Source: Cyclobacteriaceae bacterium (GTDB lineage: Bacteria > Bacteroidota > Bacteroidia > Cytophagales > Cyclobacteriaceae). Taken from it: a DNA stretch of 64,000 nt. Location: positions 40,267 through 104,266 of the forward strand of contig JAEUUE010000119.1 of the NCBI GenBank assembly GCA_016787605.1, read 5' to 3'. How positions within the stretch are numbered: the first letter of the stretch is position 1; each line of letters begins with the position of its first letter. The notes below the pieces were generated by a model. It worked only from the letters and a program-made list of their open reading frames with translations, did no database searches and was not told where the DNA came from. Position numbers and translations under genes: made by a program. Positions 25,745 through 35,700 of the stretch are shown here, piece after piece.

Positions 25745-28135
25745 ATGAGCCACTTCCGACTTTTTGTCCTTGTTTTCTTTGTAATTGGCCTTACTTGCCC
25801 GGCCTGGGCCCAGGAGAAGTTCACCATCAACGGAACCATTAAAGACAACTCCAACGGGGAGGCACTGATCGGCGTCACCGTTTACGTCCGTGAAATCAGC
25901 AATGGTACGACTACCAATGAATACGGATTCTACAGTATAACCCTCCCGAAAGGCACCTACACCGTCGATTACTCCTACGTCGGGTTTCAAACGGTTTCGC
26001 GCACGGTGGTCTTGGACAAGAATGTGCAGCAACCCATCGAACTGGTGCCCGAGGCCTCCCAACTCCAGGAAGTAGTGGTGAAGGGTGAAATCGAGCAGGC
26101 CAACGTGGAGAACCTGGAAATGAGTACCAATAAGCTCGAAATCAAGACGATCCTCCGAACGCCGATGTTGTTTGGGGAAGCGGATCTTCTGCGCAGCCTC
26201 CAGTTGCTGCCTGGCGTGAGCACAGTGGGCGAGGGGGCCAGCGGTTTCAATGTTCGAGGCGGCAATGTGGGCCAAAACCTCATTCTCCTCGATGAAGCGC
26301 CTGTCTACAACTCTTCTCACCTTTTCGGATTTTTCTCCGTCTTCAACCCCGACGCGGTGAAAGACACCAAACTCTACAAAGGAGCAATTCCGTCGCGCTA
26401 TGGCGGCCGCCTGGCCTCGATCCTTGATGTGCGCATGAAGGAAGGCAACAGCAAGAAGTTTGAGGTTACCGGTGGTATCGGGACGGTGTTCAGCCGCCTG
26501 GCCGTGGAGGGCCCTATTGTGAAGGACAAAGCTTCCTTCATTATCGCCGCCCGTCGCTCCTATATCGATGTGCTGGCCCGCCCGTTTGTCCCGATCCTGG
26601 AAAACGGCGGCGCGCTGAACTTCTACGACCTCACGTTGAAAACCAACTACGACATCAACCGCCGCAACAAAATCTACCTGAGTGGGTACTTCGGCCGCGA
26701 CGTATTCCGCTTCGATAAAACCCAGGGTTTCAATTGGGGAAATGCGACCGCCACCCTGCGGTGGAACCACCTCTTTAACGAGCGGCTGTTCCTGAATGTC
26801 ACCGGGGTATACGCCGACTATGACTACGCCCTTCAGTTCGGAAAGGACGAGCGGGATCGCTTCAGCTGGAACTCGTCCATCACCAGCTACATCTTCCGCC
26901 CGCAGTTCACCTACTTCATCGACAGTCGCAATGAGCTGACGTTCGGTGCCGATGCTACCTACTACTCGTTTATCCCGGCCAACGCGGAGGGCGTTACCAA
27001 CGGCGATGTGGTGGAAATCAGCCTGGGCCGGAAGTATAACCTGGAAACTTCCGTTTATGCCGGCAATGCGCAGAAGATCTCCGAGAAATTATCGATCGAG
27101 TACGGCCTTCGCTATTCTTACTTCCAGTACCTGGGCCCGGGTACCGAGTACATTTATGGAGATACCATCCCGGGCCTTCGTAAGCCGGTGATCGGCAGCA
27201 AGACCTACGGCAGCGGCGAGGTGATCGCCCAGTACGGCAATTTCGAACCGCGGTTCTCCTTTCGTGTGCAGGCCGGACAGCGTGCCTCGATCAAGGGAAG
27301 CTACAACCGGATGGCCCAGTATCTCCACCTGATTTCCAACACGACGGCCTCCAACCCGCTGGATGTGTGGAACCCCACCTCCAACAACATCAAGCCTCAG
27401 CTGGCTGACCAGTTTACCCTGGGGTATTTCCGCGACCTGACCGAAGACAAGAAGTATGAGTTCTCGGCGGAAGCCTACTACCGGACTACGCAAAACCAGA
27501 TCGACTACATTGACGGCGCCGACCTGCTGATCAATCAATACCTGGAGGGCGACTTGCTGAGCGGTATCGGCCGTGCCTATGGCCTGGAGTTGTACGTGCA
27601 GAAGAAGACCGGTCGTCTCAACGGTTGGGTGAGCTATACCCTTGGGCGCAGTGAATTGAAAGTAGACGGCATTAACGGCGGGCAATGGTACGAGACCCGC
27701 TTCAACCAGTTGCATAACCTCAAGCTGGCGGCCTTCTATGACCTCACATCCCGTTGGCAGGTGTCGGCCAATTTCATATTCACGTCCGGAACGCCCACCA
27801 CGTTTCCCACGTCACGTTTTACGCAGCAGGGCATCCTGATCCCTTACAACGCCTTCGAGTCGCGCAACAATGTCCATATGCCCGACTACCACCGGCTGGA
27901 TATCTCCTTCAGGCTGGAGGGAAAAAAGGTGAAGAAGAACGGCAAGGAACGCAAGAACAGCGACTACTGGGTCTTCTCCCTGTACAACGTGTATGCCCGG
28001 CGCAACCCGTTCTCCATTTATTTCTCCCAGACCGACCAGCGCACGCCGGCGGGGCAGGCCATTACCTCCCAGGCCACGCAGCTGTCAATTATCGGGACGA
28101 TCGTGCCTTCTGTATCCTATAACTTCAAGTTCTGA
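25745..28135 (+). CDS. TonB-dependent receptor with N-terminal carboxypeptidase-like regulatory domain
   Basis: Signal peptide, CarboxypepD_reg segment FTINGTIKDNSNGEALIGVTVYV, a plug region, a long barrel and the C-terminal SYNFKF aromatic terminus. Confidence 0.85.
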   Translation: MSHFRLFVLVFFVIGLTCPAWAQEKFTINGTIKDNSNGEALIGVTVYVREISNGTTTNEYGFYSITLPKGTYTVDYSYVGFQTVSRTVVLDKNVQQPIELVPEASQLQEVVVKGEIEQANVENLEMSTNKLEIKTILRTPMLFGEADLLRSLQLLPGVSTVGEGASGFNVRGGNVGQNLILLDEAPVYNSSHLFGFFSVFNPDAVKDTKLYKGAIPSRYGGRLASILDVRMKEGNSKKFEVTGGIGTVFSRLAVEGPIVKDKASFIIAARRSYIDVLARPFVPILENGGALNFYDLTLKTNYDINRRNKIYLSGYFGRDVFRFDKTQGFNWGNATATLRWNHLFNERLFLNVTGVYADYDYALQFGKDERDRFSWNSSITSYIFRPQFTYFIDSRNELTFGADATYYSFIPANAEGVTNGDVVEISLGRKYNLETSVYAGNAQKISEKLSIEYGLRYSYFQYLGPGTEYIYGDTIPGLRKPVIGSKTYGSGEVIAQYGNFEPRFSFRVQAGQRASIKGSYNRMAQYLHLISNTTASNPLDVWNPTSNNIKPQLADQFTLGYFRDLTEDKKYEFSAEAYYRTTQNQIDYIDGADLLINQYLEGDLLSGIGRAYGLELYVQKKTGRLNGWVSYTLGRSELKVDGINGGQWYETRFNQLHNLKLAAFYDLTSRWQVSANFIFTSGTPTTFPTSRFTQQGILIPYNAFESRNNVHMPDYHRLDISFRLEGKKVKKNGKERKNSDYWVFSLYNVYARRNPFSIYFSQTDQRTPAGQAITSQATQLSIIGTIVPSVSYNFKF

Positions 28136-28138
28136 GTG

Positions 28139-29053
28139 ATGAAGACTTCCAAGCATTCCTACCTTCTCCTGATCTTCGCCTCCAGCTTGTTTTATTCCTG
28201 CGAAGATGTCATTGACCCAACGCTGCAGTCCGCCGACCCGGTGGTGGTGGTCGACGCCTGGATCAACAACCTGCCGGGTGCGCAAACCATAACTCTCACC
28301 TGGACCCAGCCTTACTTCGAATCGCAAATCCCCCCGGCAATTACGGGTGCCACGGTATCCGTCAGCGACGACCAGGGAAAGAACTTCCTCTTCATCGAAA
28401 ATGTGACCAAGCCGGGCCACTATGAATGGTCGCCCTCCGGCGCCGATACGCTGCGCGTAGGTGGAAAATACTGGCTGACGGTCATTACCGATTCCGATAC
28501 CTTCCAGGCCCAGTCGTACATGGGCCGGGTTCCGGCGATCGACAGCATCACGTATGAAGAAGATGAAAATATCGCCACGGGCGACCCGATCGTACGGGCC
28601 GAGTTCTGGGCCACCGACCCGGTGGGCACCGGCGACGCGTACTGGATTCGTTCGTTCAAGAACGGTGTGCCCTTGCTGAAGCCCGGTGAGATCAACATCG
28701 CCTTTGATGCAGGCGTCTCCATCGGCGGTCCGACCGACGGGGTGATGTTCGTCGCCCCCGTCCGTCGCCGGATCAACGCTGTCGACCGGGATGAAGATGA
28801 TCAGTTGCTTTCGCCGATTGAGAACGGCGATTCCATGCACGTTCAAATCCATTCCCTGACCGTAGCGGCCTTCACCTACCTGAATGAAGTGTCCATCCAG
28901 ACCAACCGGCCTGGCGGTTTTGCCGAACTGTTTGCGACGCCTTTGGCCAATGTTTCGACCAACATCTTGAACCTGAACACGAACGGAAGAAAGGCAGTTG
29001 GATTCTTCAACGTTTCGGCAGTCTCCGCAGCCGGGAAGCGTTACGTGGAATAG
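28139..29053 (+). CDS. DUF4249 domain-containing lipoprotein (TBDR partner)
   Basis: Lipobox LFYSCED. Starts 4 nt after the TBDR stop. Size and position match the usual TBDR-DUF4249 pairing in Bacteroidota. Confidence 0.6.
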   Translation: MKTSKHSYLLLIFASSLFYSCEDVIDPTLQSADPVVVVDAWINNLPGAQTITLTWTQPYFESQIPPAITGATVSVSDDQGKNFLFIENVTKPGHYEWSPSGADTLRVGGKYWLTVITDSDTFQAQSYMGRVPAIDSITYEEDENIATGDPIVRAEFWATDPVGTGDAYWIRSFKNGVPLLKPGEINIAFDAGVSIGGPTDGVMFVAPVRRRINAVDRDEDDQLLSPIENGDSMHVQIHSLTVAAFTYLNEVSIQTNRPGGFAELFATPLANVSTNILNLNTNGRKAVGFFNVSAVSAAGKRYVE

Positions 29054-29115
29054 CCCTGTGGTCTTTTTTCGGCCCTTGTTTTTTGTTTACCGGCCGAAAC
29101 CTTAGTTTTCGAACC

Positions 29116-32094
29116 ATGTGGAAGGGATTGGGCCGCCGGTGCGGCGTGTTTGCGTTCGCCGTCGGGCTATCGACACTGTCCCTGCATGCCCAGCCGTCAA
29201 TGGTGCTGGAAACCAACGCTCCCGCATTGAAGTGGTACCAGCTCAACACACCAAACTTCCGGCTGCTATACCCCCAGGGATTTGAACTGCAGGCGCAACG
29301 GGTAGCCAATACGCTGGAGACTGTCCGCGACCCGGAAGCCAGGACCATGGGGGTGGCGCCGCGAAAAATTTCGATCATCCTTCAAAACCAATCGTCGATC
29401 TCCAATGGCTTTGTTGCGATGGCGCCACGCCGCTCGGAATTCTATACCATGCCTAGCCAGAACTACAATTTTCTCGGCACCAACGACTGGCTTGACGCCC
29501 TTTCGGTTCATGAATACCGGCACATGTCTCAATTCCAGCGCAGCCTTACCGGGTTCAACAAGGGATTCTCCTATGTCTTTGGCCAGCAGTTCACGGCGGC
29601 CATGGCTTTTGCCGCCGCCCCCCAGTGGTTTTGGGAAGGCGACGCCGTAGCCATCGAGACCGCCTACACGGGCAGCGGCCGCGGACGCATCCCGCAATTC
29701 GATCTGCTCTTCCGAACCAATGCCATCAACGGCCGCTCGTTCAATTACCACAAGCAGTACCTGCGTTCCTACAAGCACAATATCCCGGATCACTACGTCC
29801 TTGGCTACAACCTGGTGTCCCACCTGCGAAAGAAAACCGGCGACCCGATGATCTGGGAGAAAGTAGTAGGCCGGTCGTGGAAGGTGCCCTTCATCCCGTT
29901 CGCCTTTTCGAATGCCTTGAAGAAGGAAACCGGGATGTATGTGACCGACCTTTACCGCGACATGGCGGCTCAACGTCAGAAAGATTACGAGCAGGCGGTG
30001 GCGAACTTGCGCTTCTCCACTTTTGAAACCTTGAACCGCCGGCAAGGCAGCGCGTACACCGACTATCAATACCCCCGGCCGTTGTCCGATGGCCGGGTTC
30101 TCGTGATGAAGTCGGGTATCGGGGATATTGACCAGTTGGTGTCACTCACCCCGGAGGGAAAGGAAGAGAGAGTGTTTGTGCAAGGCATTGTCAACGAGGG
30201 GGCGATGCTTTCCGTCAACAAAGACCGTGTGGTGTGGAATGAATTCCGTTTCGATCCCCGGTGGCGCGTGAAAACCTACTCCGTCGTTATGGGGTATGAC
30301 GTCCAGGCCAAAGTCAAGCGGGTCATCTCGAATCACTCGCGTTACAGCGGCGCCGCGATTGCTCCAGACGGAATCCAGGTAGCGACGGTTGAAACCCGGG
30401 AGGACTACACCGCCCGGCTGACCGTATTGAGCTACGTGGACGGTTCGGTCATCCGGCAGTTTGAGAACCCGGGCAACGACTTGCTGGCCATGCCCCGGTG
30501 GACGGAAGACGGGAAGTCGATCCTGGTTCTTCGCACCAGCCCGCAAGGCAAAACGATTTCCATAATCGACGCACAAACGGGAGCTGTCACCGATCTCCTG
30601 CCGCGGTCGCTGGAAAATGTCGGCCACCCGGTGTCTTGGAAAAACTACGTGCTGTTTAACTCACCCACAGGGGGTATCGACAACATCCATGCTGTCAACG
30701 TGAAGACAGGCAAGCGATTCCGGATCACGACCAGCCGGTTTGGGGCATTCAATCCTGCCGTATCACCCGACGGTACACGTCTCTACTACAACGATCAAAC
30801 CCGTGATGGCCTCGATGTGGTCCATGCCCCGATCGATACTACAAGCTGGATAACCTTCGAAGGAGAAACGCCTTCGCCCAATTTGAATTTCTCTCATCTG
30901 GTTGAACAGGAGGGTCACCCGGAACTGCTCAAGAGCGTGACCACAACTTCGTATGAGAGCAAGCGGTATCGCCGGGCCGCAGGCATGATCAACCCGCACA
31001 GCTGGGGACCTTACCTGGTTAACTCGCTGACTACGGTCAATGTCGGCATCACTTCTCAGGACATTCTCAGTACCACCCGCATCGATGCCGGCTATACCTA
31101 CGACATCAATGAAGAGGTGGGCCGATGGGCTGCCGGTATCAGTTACCAGGGACTCTATCCCATCATCGATGTGAGGTTTTCCCAGGCCGACCGACGGGTG
31201 AACGAAGGAACCATCAAGTATTTCACCGGGGCGCCGCCGGATACGGCCACCGCCATTGGGAATCTAACGTTCAGCTGGCATGAGCGAACGGTGGAGACGG
31301 GGCTCCGGGTGCCGCTGCTCACGACGCGGTCGAAATACCTGAGCAGCGTGGAGTTTTCCAACTATGTAGGCATAACGCAGGTAACCGGGTTCACCAACAC
31401 CATCGACGGCGGCGGCAGGATCCTCCCGGGCTACAACCCGCAGTATTTCTTTCGCGATGTGCAAAGCAACGGAACGTTGCGCTACAATCATTTCAGTTTC
31501 AACTGGTACAGCGTGTTGAAACGAAGCCGCCGGGACATCAACCCGAAGTGGGGGCAGACCTTGTTCATGGATTACTTCAATACGCCGTACGGAGGAGACT
31601 TCTCGGGAGGGCAGTTTTCCATCTATGGTATCACCTATCTTCCGGGTCTGTTCAAGCATCATAGCCTGTGGGGATATGTCGCATACCAGAACTCCCAGAT
31701 CTACCAGGCCAACGCCACGGGCAAGGGGTGGGATAATTACGTTTTCGCCAACGGAATTCCCCTGGTACGCGGTCAGTCTGTGGCCCGGTTCCAGGAATTC
31801 AATACGCTGGCGGTCAACTACACGTTCCCGTTATGGTACCCGGATATCGCCCTGGGACCCCTGTTGAACTTCCAGCGTCTCCGGGTCAACTTGTTTGCCG
31901 ACTACGGCCTGGGGTCCAGCACGTTCACCGGCGGCACGTTCAGCCAGAAGTATACCTCGGTGGGAACGGAAGTGAAGGTCGACCTCAATATCATGCGTTT
32001 CTTGCCTCAGTTCAACATCGGTTTCCGGTACAGTTACGGCATCACACCGTCGGTAACGCGCTTTGAATGGCTCATCGGGAGCTTCAATTTCTAG
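29116..32094 (+). CDS. large outer-membrane protein with an HEXXH domain, PD40/TolB-like propeller repeats and a C-terminal beta-barrel
   Basis: 992 aa from MWKGLG (signal peptide ending LHAQPS). It has SVHEYRHM (HEXXH) with WEGDAVAIE downstream, PD40-like repeats (IAPDGIQVA, WTEDGKSILV, VSPDGTRLYY), and a C-terminal region of about 400 aa with alternating beta pattern that includes PLVRGQS and ends GSFNF. Confidence 0.7.
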   Translation: MWKGLGRRCGVFAFAVGLSTLSLHAQPSMVLETNAPALKWYQLNTPNFRLLYPQGFELQAQRVANTLETVRDPEARTMGVAPRKISIILQNQSSISNGFVAMAPRRSEFYTMPSQNYNFLGTNDWLDALSVHEYRHMSQFQRSLTGFNKGFSYVFGQQFTAAMAFAAAPQWFWEGDAVAIETAYTGSGRGRIPQFDLLFRTNAINGRSFNYHKQYLRSYKHNIPDHYVLGYNLVSHLRKKTGDPMIWEKVVGRSWKVPFIPFAFSNALKKETGMYVTDLYRDMAAQRQKDYEQAVANLRFSTFETLNRRQGSAYTDYQYPRPLSDGRVLVMKSGIGDIDQLVSLTPEGKEERVFVQGIVNEGAMLSVNKDRVVWNEFRFDPRWRVKTYSVVMGYDVQAKVKRVISNHSRYSGAAIAPDGIQVATVETREDYTARLTVLSYVDGSVIRQFENPGNDLLAMPRWTEDGKSILVLRTSPQGKTISIIDAQTGAVTDLLPRSLENVGHPVSWKNYVLFNSPTGGIDNIHAVNVKTGKRFRITTSRFGAFNPAVSPDGTRLYYNDQTRDGLDVVHAPIDTTSWITFEGETPSPNLNFSHLVEQEGHPELLKSVTTTSYESKRYRRAAGMINPHSWGPYLVNSLTTVNVGITSQDILSTTRIDAGYTYDINEEVGRWAAGISYQGLYPIIDVRFSQADRRVNEGTIKYFTGAPPDTATAIGNLTFSWHERTVETGLRVPLLTTRSKYLSSVEFSNYVGITQVTGFTNTIDGGGRILPGYNPQYFFRDVQSNGTLRYNHFSFNWYSVLKRSRRDINPKWGQTLFMDYFNTPYGGDFSGGQFSIYGITYLPGLFKHHSLWGYVAYQNSQIYQANATGKGWDNYVFANGIPLVRGQSVARFQEFNTLAVNYTFPLWYPDIALGPLLNFQRLRVNLFADYGLGSSTFTGGTFSQKYTSVGTEVKVDLNIMRFLPQFNIGFRYSYGITPSVTRFEWLIGSFNF

Positions 32095-32141
32095 GCCCCC
32101 GAAAGTGGGGCGGATACGCTTGAAAATCGCCCGTATACACC

Positions 32142-32149
32142 TATTTTTG
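32142..32149 (+). promoter_or_regulatory. Bacteroidota -7 promoter box upstream of PDH E2
   Basis: TATTTTTG lies 32 nt upstream of the ATG at 32181. Confidence 0.4.
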
Positions 32150-32180
32150 AGGCTGTTTTTCAATAAACGCAACCTGTAAC

Positions 32181-33803
32181 ATGGCCGAGATAGTCCGCAT
32201 GCCCAAAATGAGCGACACCATGACCGAAGGGGTGATCGCCAAATGGCATAAGAAGGTAGGTGATTCCGTGAAGTCGGGAGAGTTGATGGCTGAAATCGAA
32301 ACCGACAAGGCCACCATGGATTACGAGTCGTTCAACACGGGAACTGTTCTCTACCTGGGCGCCAAAGAGGGCCAGGCCGTCAAGATCAACGATGTGCTGG
32401 CCATCATCGGTAAACCGGGAGAAGACTATAGCGCACTGCTTTCCGCTTCTGCGGCCCCTGCCGCCGCTCCTGCAAAGGCAGAAACGAAGACGGCACCTGC
32501 CCCGGCTGCGGTGGCGACAGCCATCGATACGTCCGGCATCAAAGCGGAGATCGTGCTGATGCCAAAGATGAGCGACACCATGAGCGAAGGGGTAATCGCC
32601 GCCTGGCACAAGAAGGTGGGTGACCCGGTCAAATCCGGTGAACTGCTCGCCGAAGTGGAGACCGACAAGGCTACGATGGAATATGAGTCGTACAACACGG
32701 GTACGCTCTTATATATCGGTGCAAAAGAAAAAGAAGCCGTTGCTGTCAATGGTGTTCTGGCTATCATTGGTGATAAGAATGCCGACTGGCAGACGCTTCT
32801 GAAGGCACACCAGGCTAAGTCAAGCGGTGCAGCGGCCCCGGCGGCGCCGACAGCTGCTCCTGCCGCCGCACAACCGGTAAGCCCGGCTCAGCCTGCAGCG
32901 AGCGCTCCTTCCCAATCTTCCTCCAATGGTCGCCTGAAAGCGTCGCCCCTGGCGCGCAAGATGGCCAAGGAGATGGGCTACGACATTTCCCTGATCCCGG
33001 GAACCGGCGAGCACGGCCGGGTGACGCGTCGCGACATCGAAAATTACAAGCCGGGTGCCGCCCCTGCCGCTGGTGCAGCCAAAGCCTCAGCCCCGGTGGT
33101 TCTTCCCGCAGTGGTTGGCAAAGAGAGCTTTGAAGAGGTCCCCGTTTCGCAGATGCGCAAGACGATCGCGAAGCGCCTCGCCGAAAGCAAGTTTACCGCG
33201 CCGCACTTCTACCTCACCATGGAGATCAACATGGACAAGGCAGTAGAGGCACGGAAAAGCATCAATGAAATGGCGCCGGTGAAGATTTCCTTCAATGACA
33301 TCGTGATCAAAGCGGCGGCGGCTGCCCTGCGCCAGCACCCGGATGTCAACGTCAGCTGGTTGGGCGACAGGATCCGCCGCAACCATCACATCCACATCGG
33401 TGTGGCGGTGGCGGTTAAAGATGGCCTCCTGGTCCCTGTCGTCCGTTTTGCCGACAACAAGTCGCTGTCGCACATCGCTACCGAAGTGAAGGACCTCGCG
33501 CAGAAAGCCCACGACAAGAAACTTCAGCCCAGCGACTGGGAGGGAAGTACGTTCACGATCTCCAACCTGGGCATGTTTGGCATCGAAGAGTTTACGGCCA
33601 TCATCAACCCGCCCGACGCCTGCATCCTGGCCGTGGGTGGCATTAAGGAAACACCGATCGTGAAGAACGGTCAGGTTGTTCCGGGCAACGTGATGAAGGT
33701 GACGCTTTCCTGCGACCACCGTGCTGTCGACGGCGCAGTAGGCTCTGCCTTCCTGAAGACGCTGAAAGGCCTGTTGGAAGACCCGGTACGGATTCTGATC
33801 TGA
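32181..33803 (+). CDS. pdhC: pyruvate dehydrogenase complex dihydrolipoamide acetyltransferase (E2), two lipoyl domains
   Basis: Two lipoyl attachment motifs ([26 protein letters not shown]), Ala/Pro linkers, E3-binding domain [15 protein letters not shown], and catalytic DHRAVDG. Confidence 0.9.
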   Translation: MAEIVRMPKMSDTMTEGVIAKWHKKVGDSVKSGELMAEIETDKATMDYESFNTGTVLYLGAKEGQAVKINDVLAIIGKPGEDYSALLSASAAPAAAPAKAETKTAPAPAAVATAIDTSGIKAEIVLMPKMSDTMSEGVIAAWHKKVGDPVKSGELLAEVETDKATMEYESYNTGTLLYIGAKEKEAVAVNGVLAIIGDKNADWQTLLKAHQAKSSGAAAPAAPTAAPAAAQPVSPAQPAASAPSQSSSNGRLKASPLARKMAKEMGYDISLIPGTGEHGRVTRRDIENYKPGAAPAAGAAKASAPVVLPAVVGKESFEEVPVSQMRKTIAKRLAESKFTAPHFYLTMEINMDKAVEARKSINEMAPVKISFNDIVIKAAAAALRQHPDVNVSWLGDRIRRNHHIHIGVAVAVKDGLLVPVVRFADNKSLSHIATEVKDLAQKAHDKKLQPSDWEGSTFTISNLGMFGIEEFTAIINPPDACILAVGGIKETPIVKNGQVVPGNVMKVTLSCDHRAVDGAVGSAFLKTLKGLLEDPVRILI

Positions 33804-33819
33804 TTATCCCCTTCCACCC

Positions 33820-34356
33820 ATGCAGCCCATACACGCTACGACGATCCTTGCTGTCCACCACAACGGGCAGGTTGCCATCGGCGGTGATGGGCAGGCTACG
33901 TTGGGAAACACCATTGCCAAGAGCAATGTGCGGAAGATCCGCAAGCTGCAGGACGGGAAGATACTCGTAGGCTTCGCCGGTTCCACCGCCGACGCATTTA
34001 CCCTGCTCGACCGGTTTGACGAAAAACTCAATTCCTATGGAGGCAACATGAAGCGTGCTGCCATCGAGCTGGCGAAAGACTGGCGTATGGACCGCTACCT
34101 TCGCCGGCTGGAAGCCATGCTGATTACGGTCAACAAGGAGGAGTTGCTGATGCTCTCCGGGACCGGTGATGTGCTGGAACCTGACCACCAGGTGGCGGCG
34201 ATCGGGTCAGGCGCCATGTATGCCCAATCGGCTGCGCTGGCCCTCAAGAAGCACGCCCCGCATCTCACTGCGGAGGAAATCGTCCGTGAAAGTCTCACCA
34301 TCGCAGCAGACATTTGCATTTACACCAACCACAACCTGGTGATCGAAAAGATCTAG
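33820..34356 (+). CDS. hslV: ATP-dependent protease subunit HslV (CodW-like N-terminus)
   Basis: 178 aa. [37 protein letters not shown] and GSGAMYA are HslV hallmarks. Six residues (MQPIHA) precede the Thr-Thr. Confidence 0.85.
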   Translation: MQPIHATTILAVHHNGQVAIGGDGQATLGNTIAKSNVRKIRKLQDGKILVGFAGSTADAFTLLDRFDEKLNSYGGNMKRAAIELAKDWRMDRYLRRLEAMLITVNKEELLMLSGTGDVLEPDHQVAAIGSGAMYAQSAALALKKHAPHLTAEEIVRESLTIAADICIYTNHNLVIEKI

Positions 34357-35690
34357 GGTTTTCGGATTCCGGCCAGGGACACGGCATTCTGGTAGAGAAT
34401 CAGCTTGTCAATCGCTCCCTGCTCATTCCGGATGAATTCCACCTGGGCGTCCACCACCCTCAGGAAGAACTTGGTTTCCGACTCGGCATGGAGGCTAAAC
34501 TTAGGCTGGCCGGTGGCCTGGGTCATCAGTTGACCATTCTCCAGGGTCACGGTGAGCTGGAACTGCGGGGTGATTTCGTAAACGCCGACATAGGATTGAA
34601 GTACTGATGGCGCCACGGTGATTTCCTTGCGGATTTTCTTCAGCGGGATCGATTCGTCCATGAGATGGAACCCGAGGTCATCGGCACCTACCGTGCTGTT
34701 GGTGAGGATAACGACGGCCATTTTCTTTTCCGGTTCATAGCCTGCGAAGGTCCGGAAGCCACCCGTTCCTCCGTTGTGCCAGACGATCTTGTTTCGGATA
34801 TGCCAGCCCAGCCCAATCTTCATGTTGTAGCGCCCAACGTCCATGCGCGGCTGGTGGGCATCCGTCATGGCGCGGCCGAGGGAGTTGTCAGGCGGATTCA
34901 TGTTGGCGAGGAGATAGCGCATCATATCTTCGGCATTGGAAAGGAGACCCCCGGCGCCCTGCATGACGCTGGCGTCGGTCCATGTCCAGGCGGAGACCGG
35001 CTTTCCGTCGCTGTAACCTGAGGCGGAGTTCTTGTCCTTTCGGCCGGGTGTGTTCAGGTAGGTGCTCTTCATCCCGAGGGGTTTCAGAATTCTTTGTTCA
35101 ATGGATTCGCGGTAGGGCTTTCCATCCACGCGGCTTACCAGCACACCCAACAGTCCCATGCCGAGATTGGAATACTCATACTGGCTTCCAATGTCGCGGG
35201 TCAGCGTGCAGCTGTTCAGGAAAGCTAAGAGACGGTCTTCGGTATAGTCGAGGTAGGGATTGCTTTCATCGGCCGGCTTGAAGTTGTCAGGCATGCGCGG
35301 CAGTCCTGATCGGGCGGAAGCGAGGTCTTCGAGGGTGATCGACTTGTCGCCGCGAACCGGCAGCTTGACTTCCGTGGGCAGGTAGGATTGGGCCGGATCG
35401 GTGAGTTTGAGTTTGCCTTCCTGCGCCAGTTGGGCGAGAGTTGTGGTGGTAAACGTCTTGGTGATCGACCCGATTTCATAAAGCGTTTTGGAGTCTGCCT
35501 GTTTCTTGGATTCGACCTGGGCATAACCCTGGGCATAGTAGGTGGTCTTTCCATCCCGGTGGATGGCCACGACCATGGAGGGAGTCTCTCCGGCATCGAT
35601 CCGTTCGCGGATCATGTCGTCAACCGATTGGCTGAAGGCAGGGAGTGTTGCAGTGATAAGGATCAGCAGGAGGAGGCGGCGAAGGGTCAT
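34353..35690 (-). CDS. serine hydrolase / class C beta-lactamase-family protein
   Basis: Signal peptide from [21 protein letters not shown], the SxxK motif SITKTF, YSN, and a C-terminal extra domain. The upstream ATG at 35729 would overlap the aminotransferase gene. Confidence 0.8.
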   Translation of the reverse strand: MTLRRLLLLILITATLPAFSQSVDDMIRERIDAGETPSMVVAIHRDGKTTYYAQGYAQVESKKQADSKTLYEIGSITKTFTTTTLAQLAQEGKLKLTDPAQSYLPTEVKLPVRGDKSITLEDLASARSGLPRMPDNFKPADESNPYLDYTEDRLLAFLNSCTLTRDIGSQYEYSNLGMGLLGVLVSRVDGKPYRESIEQRILKPLGMKSTYLNTPGRKDKNSASGYSDGKPVSAWTWTDASVMQGAGGLLSNAEDMMRYLLANMNPPDNSLGRAMTDAHQPRMDVGRYNMKIGLGWHIRNKIVWHNGGTGGFRTFAGYEPEKKMAVVILTNSTVGADDLGFHLMDESIPLKKIRKEITVAPSVLQSYVGVYEITPQFQLTVTLENGQLMTQATGQPKFSLHAESETKFFLRVVDAQVEFIRNEQGAIDKLILYQNAVSLAGIRKP

Positions 35691-35700
35691 GGCTTGGGAT

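Noticed and set aside
25721-26770. A 349-aa minus-strand ORF antisense to the TonB-dependent receptor
   Set aside because: It is a shadow ORF. The plus frame has the signal peptide, CarboxypepD_reg, plug and barrel features.
32181-32720. A direct DNA-level repeat of about 150 bp (32205-32360 versus 32565-32720)
   Set aside because: It is the normal tandem duplication of lipoyl domains within PDH E2, not a mobile or regulatory repeat.
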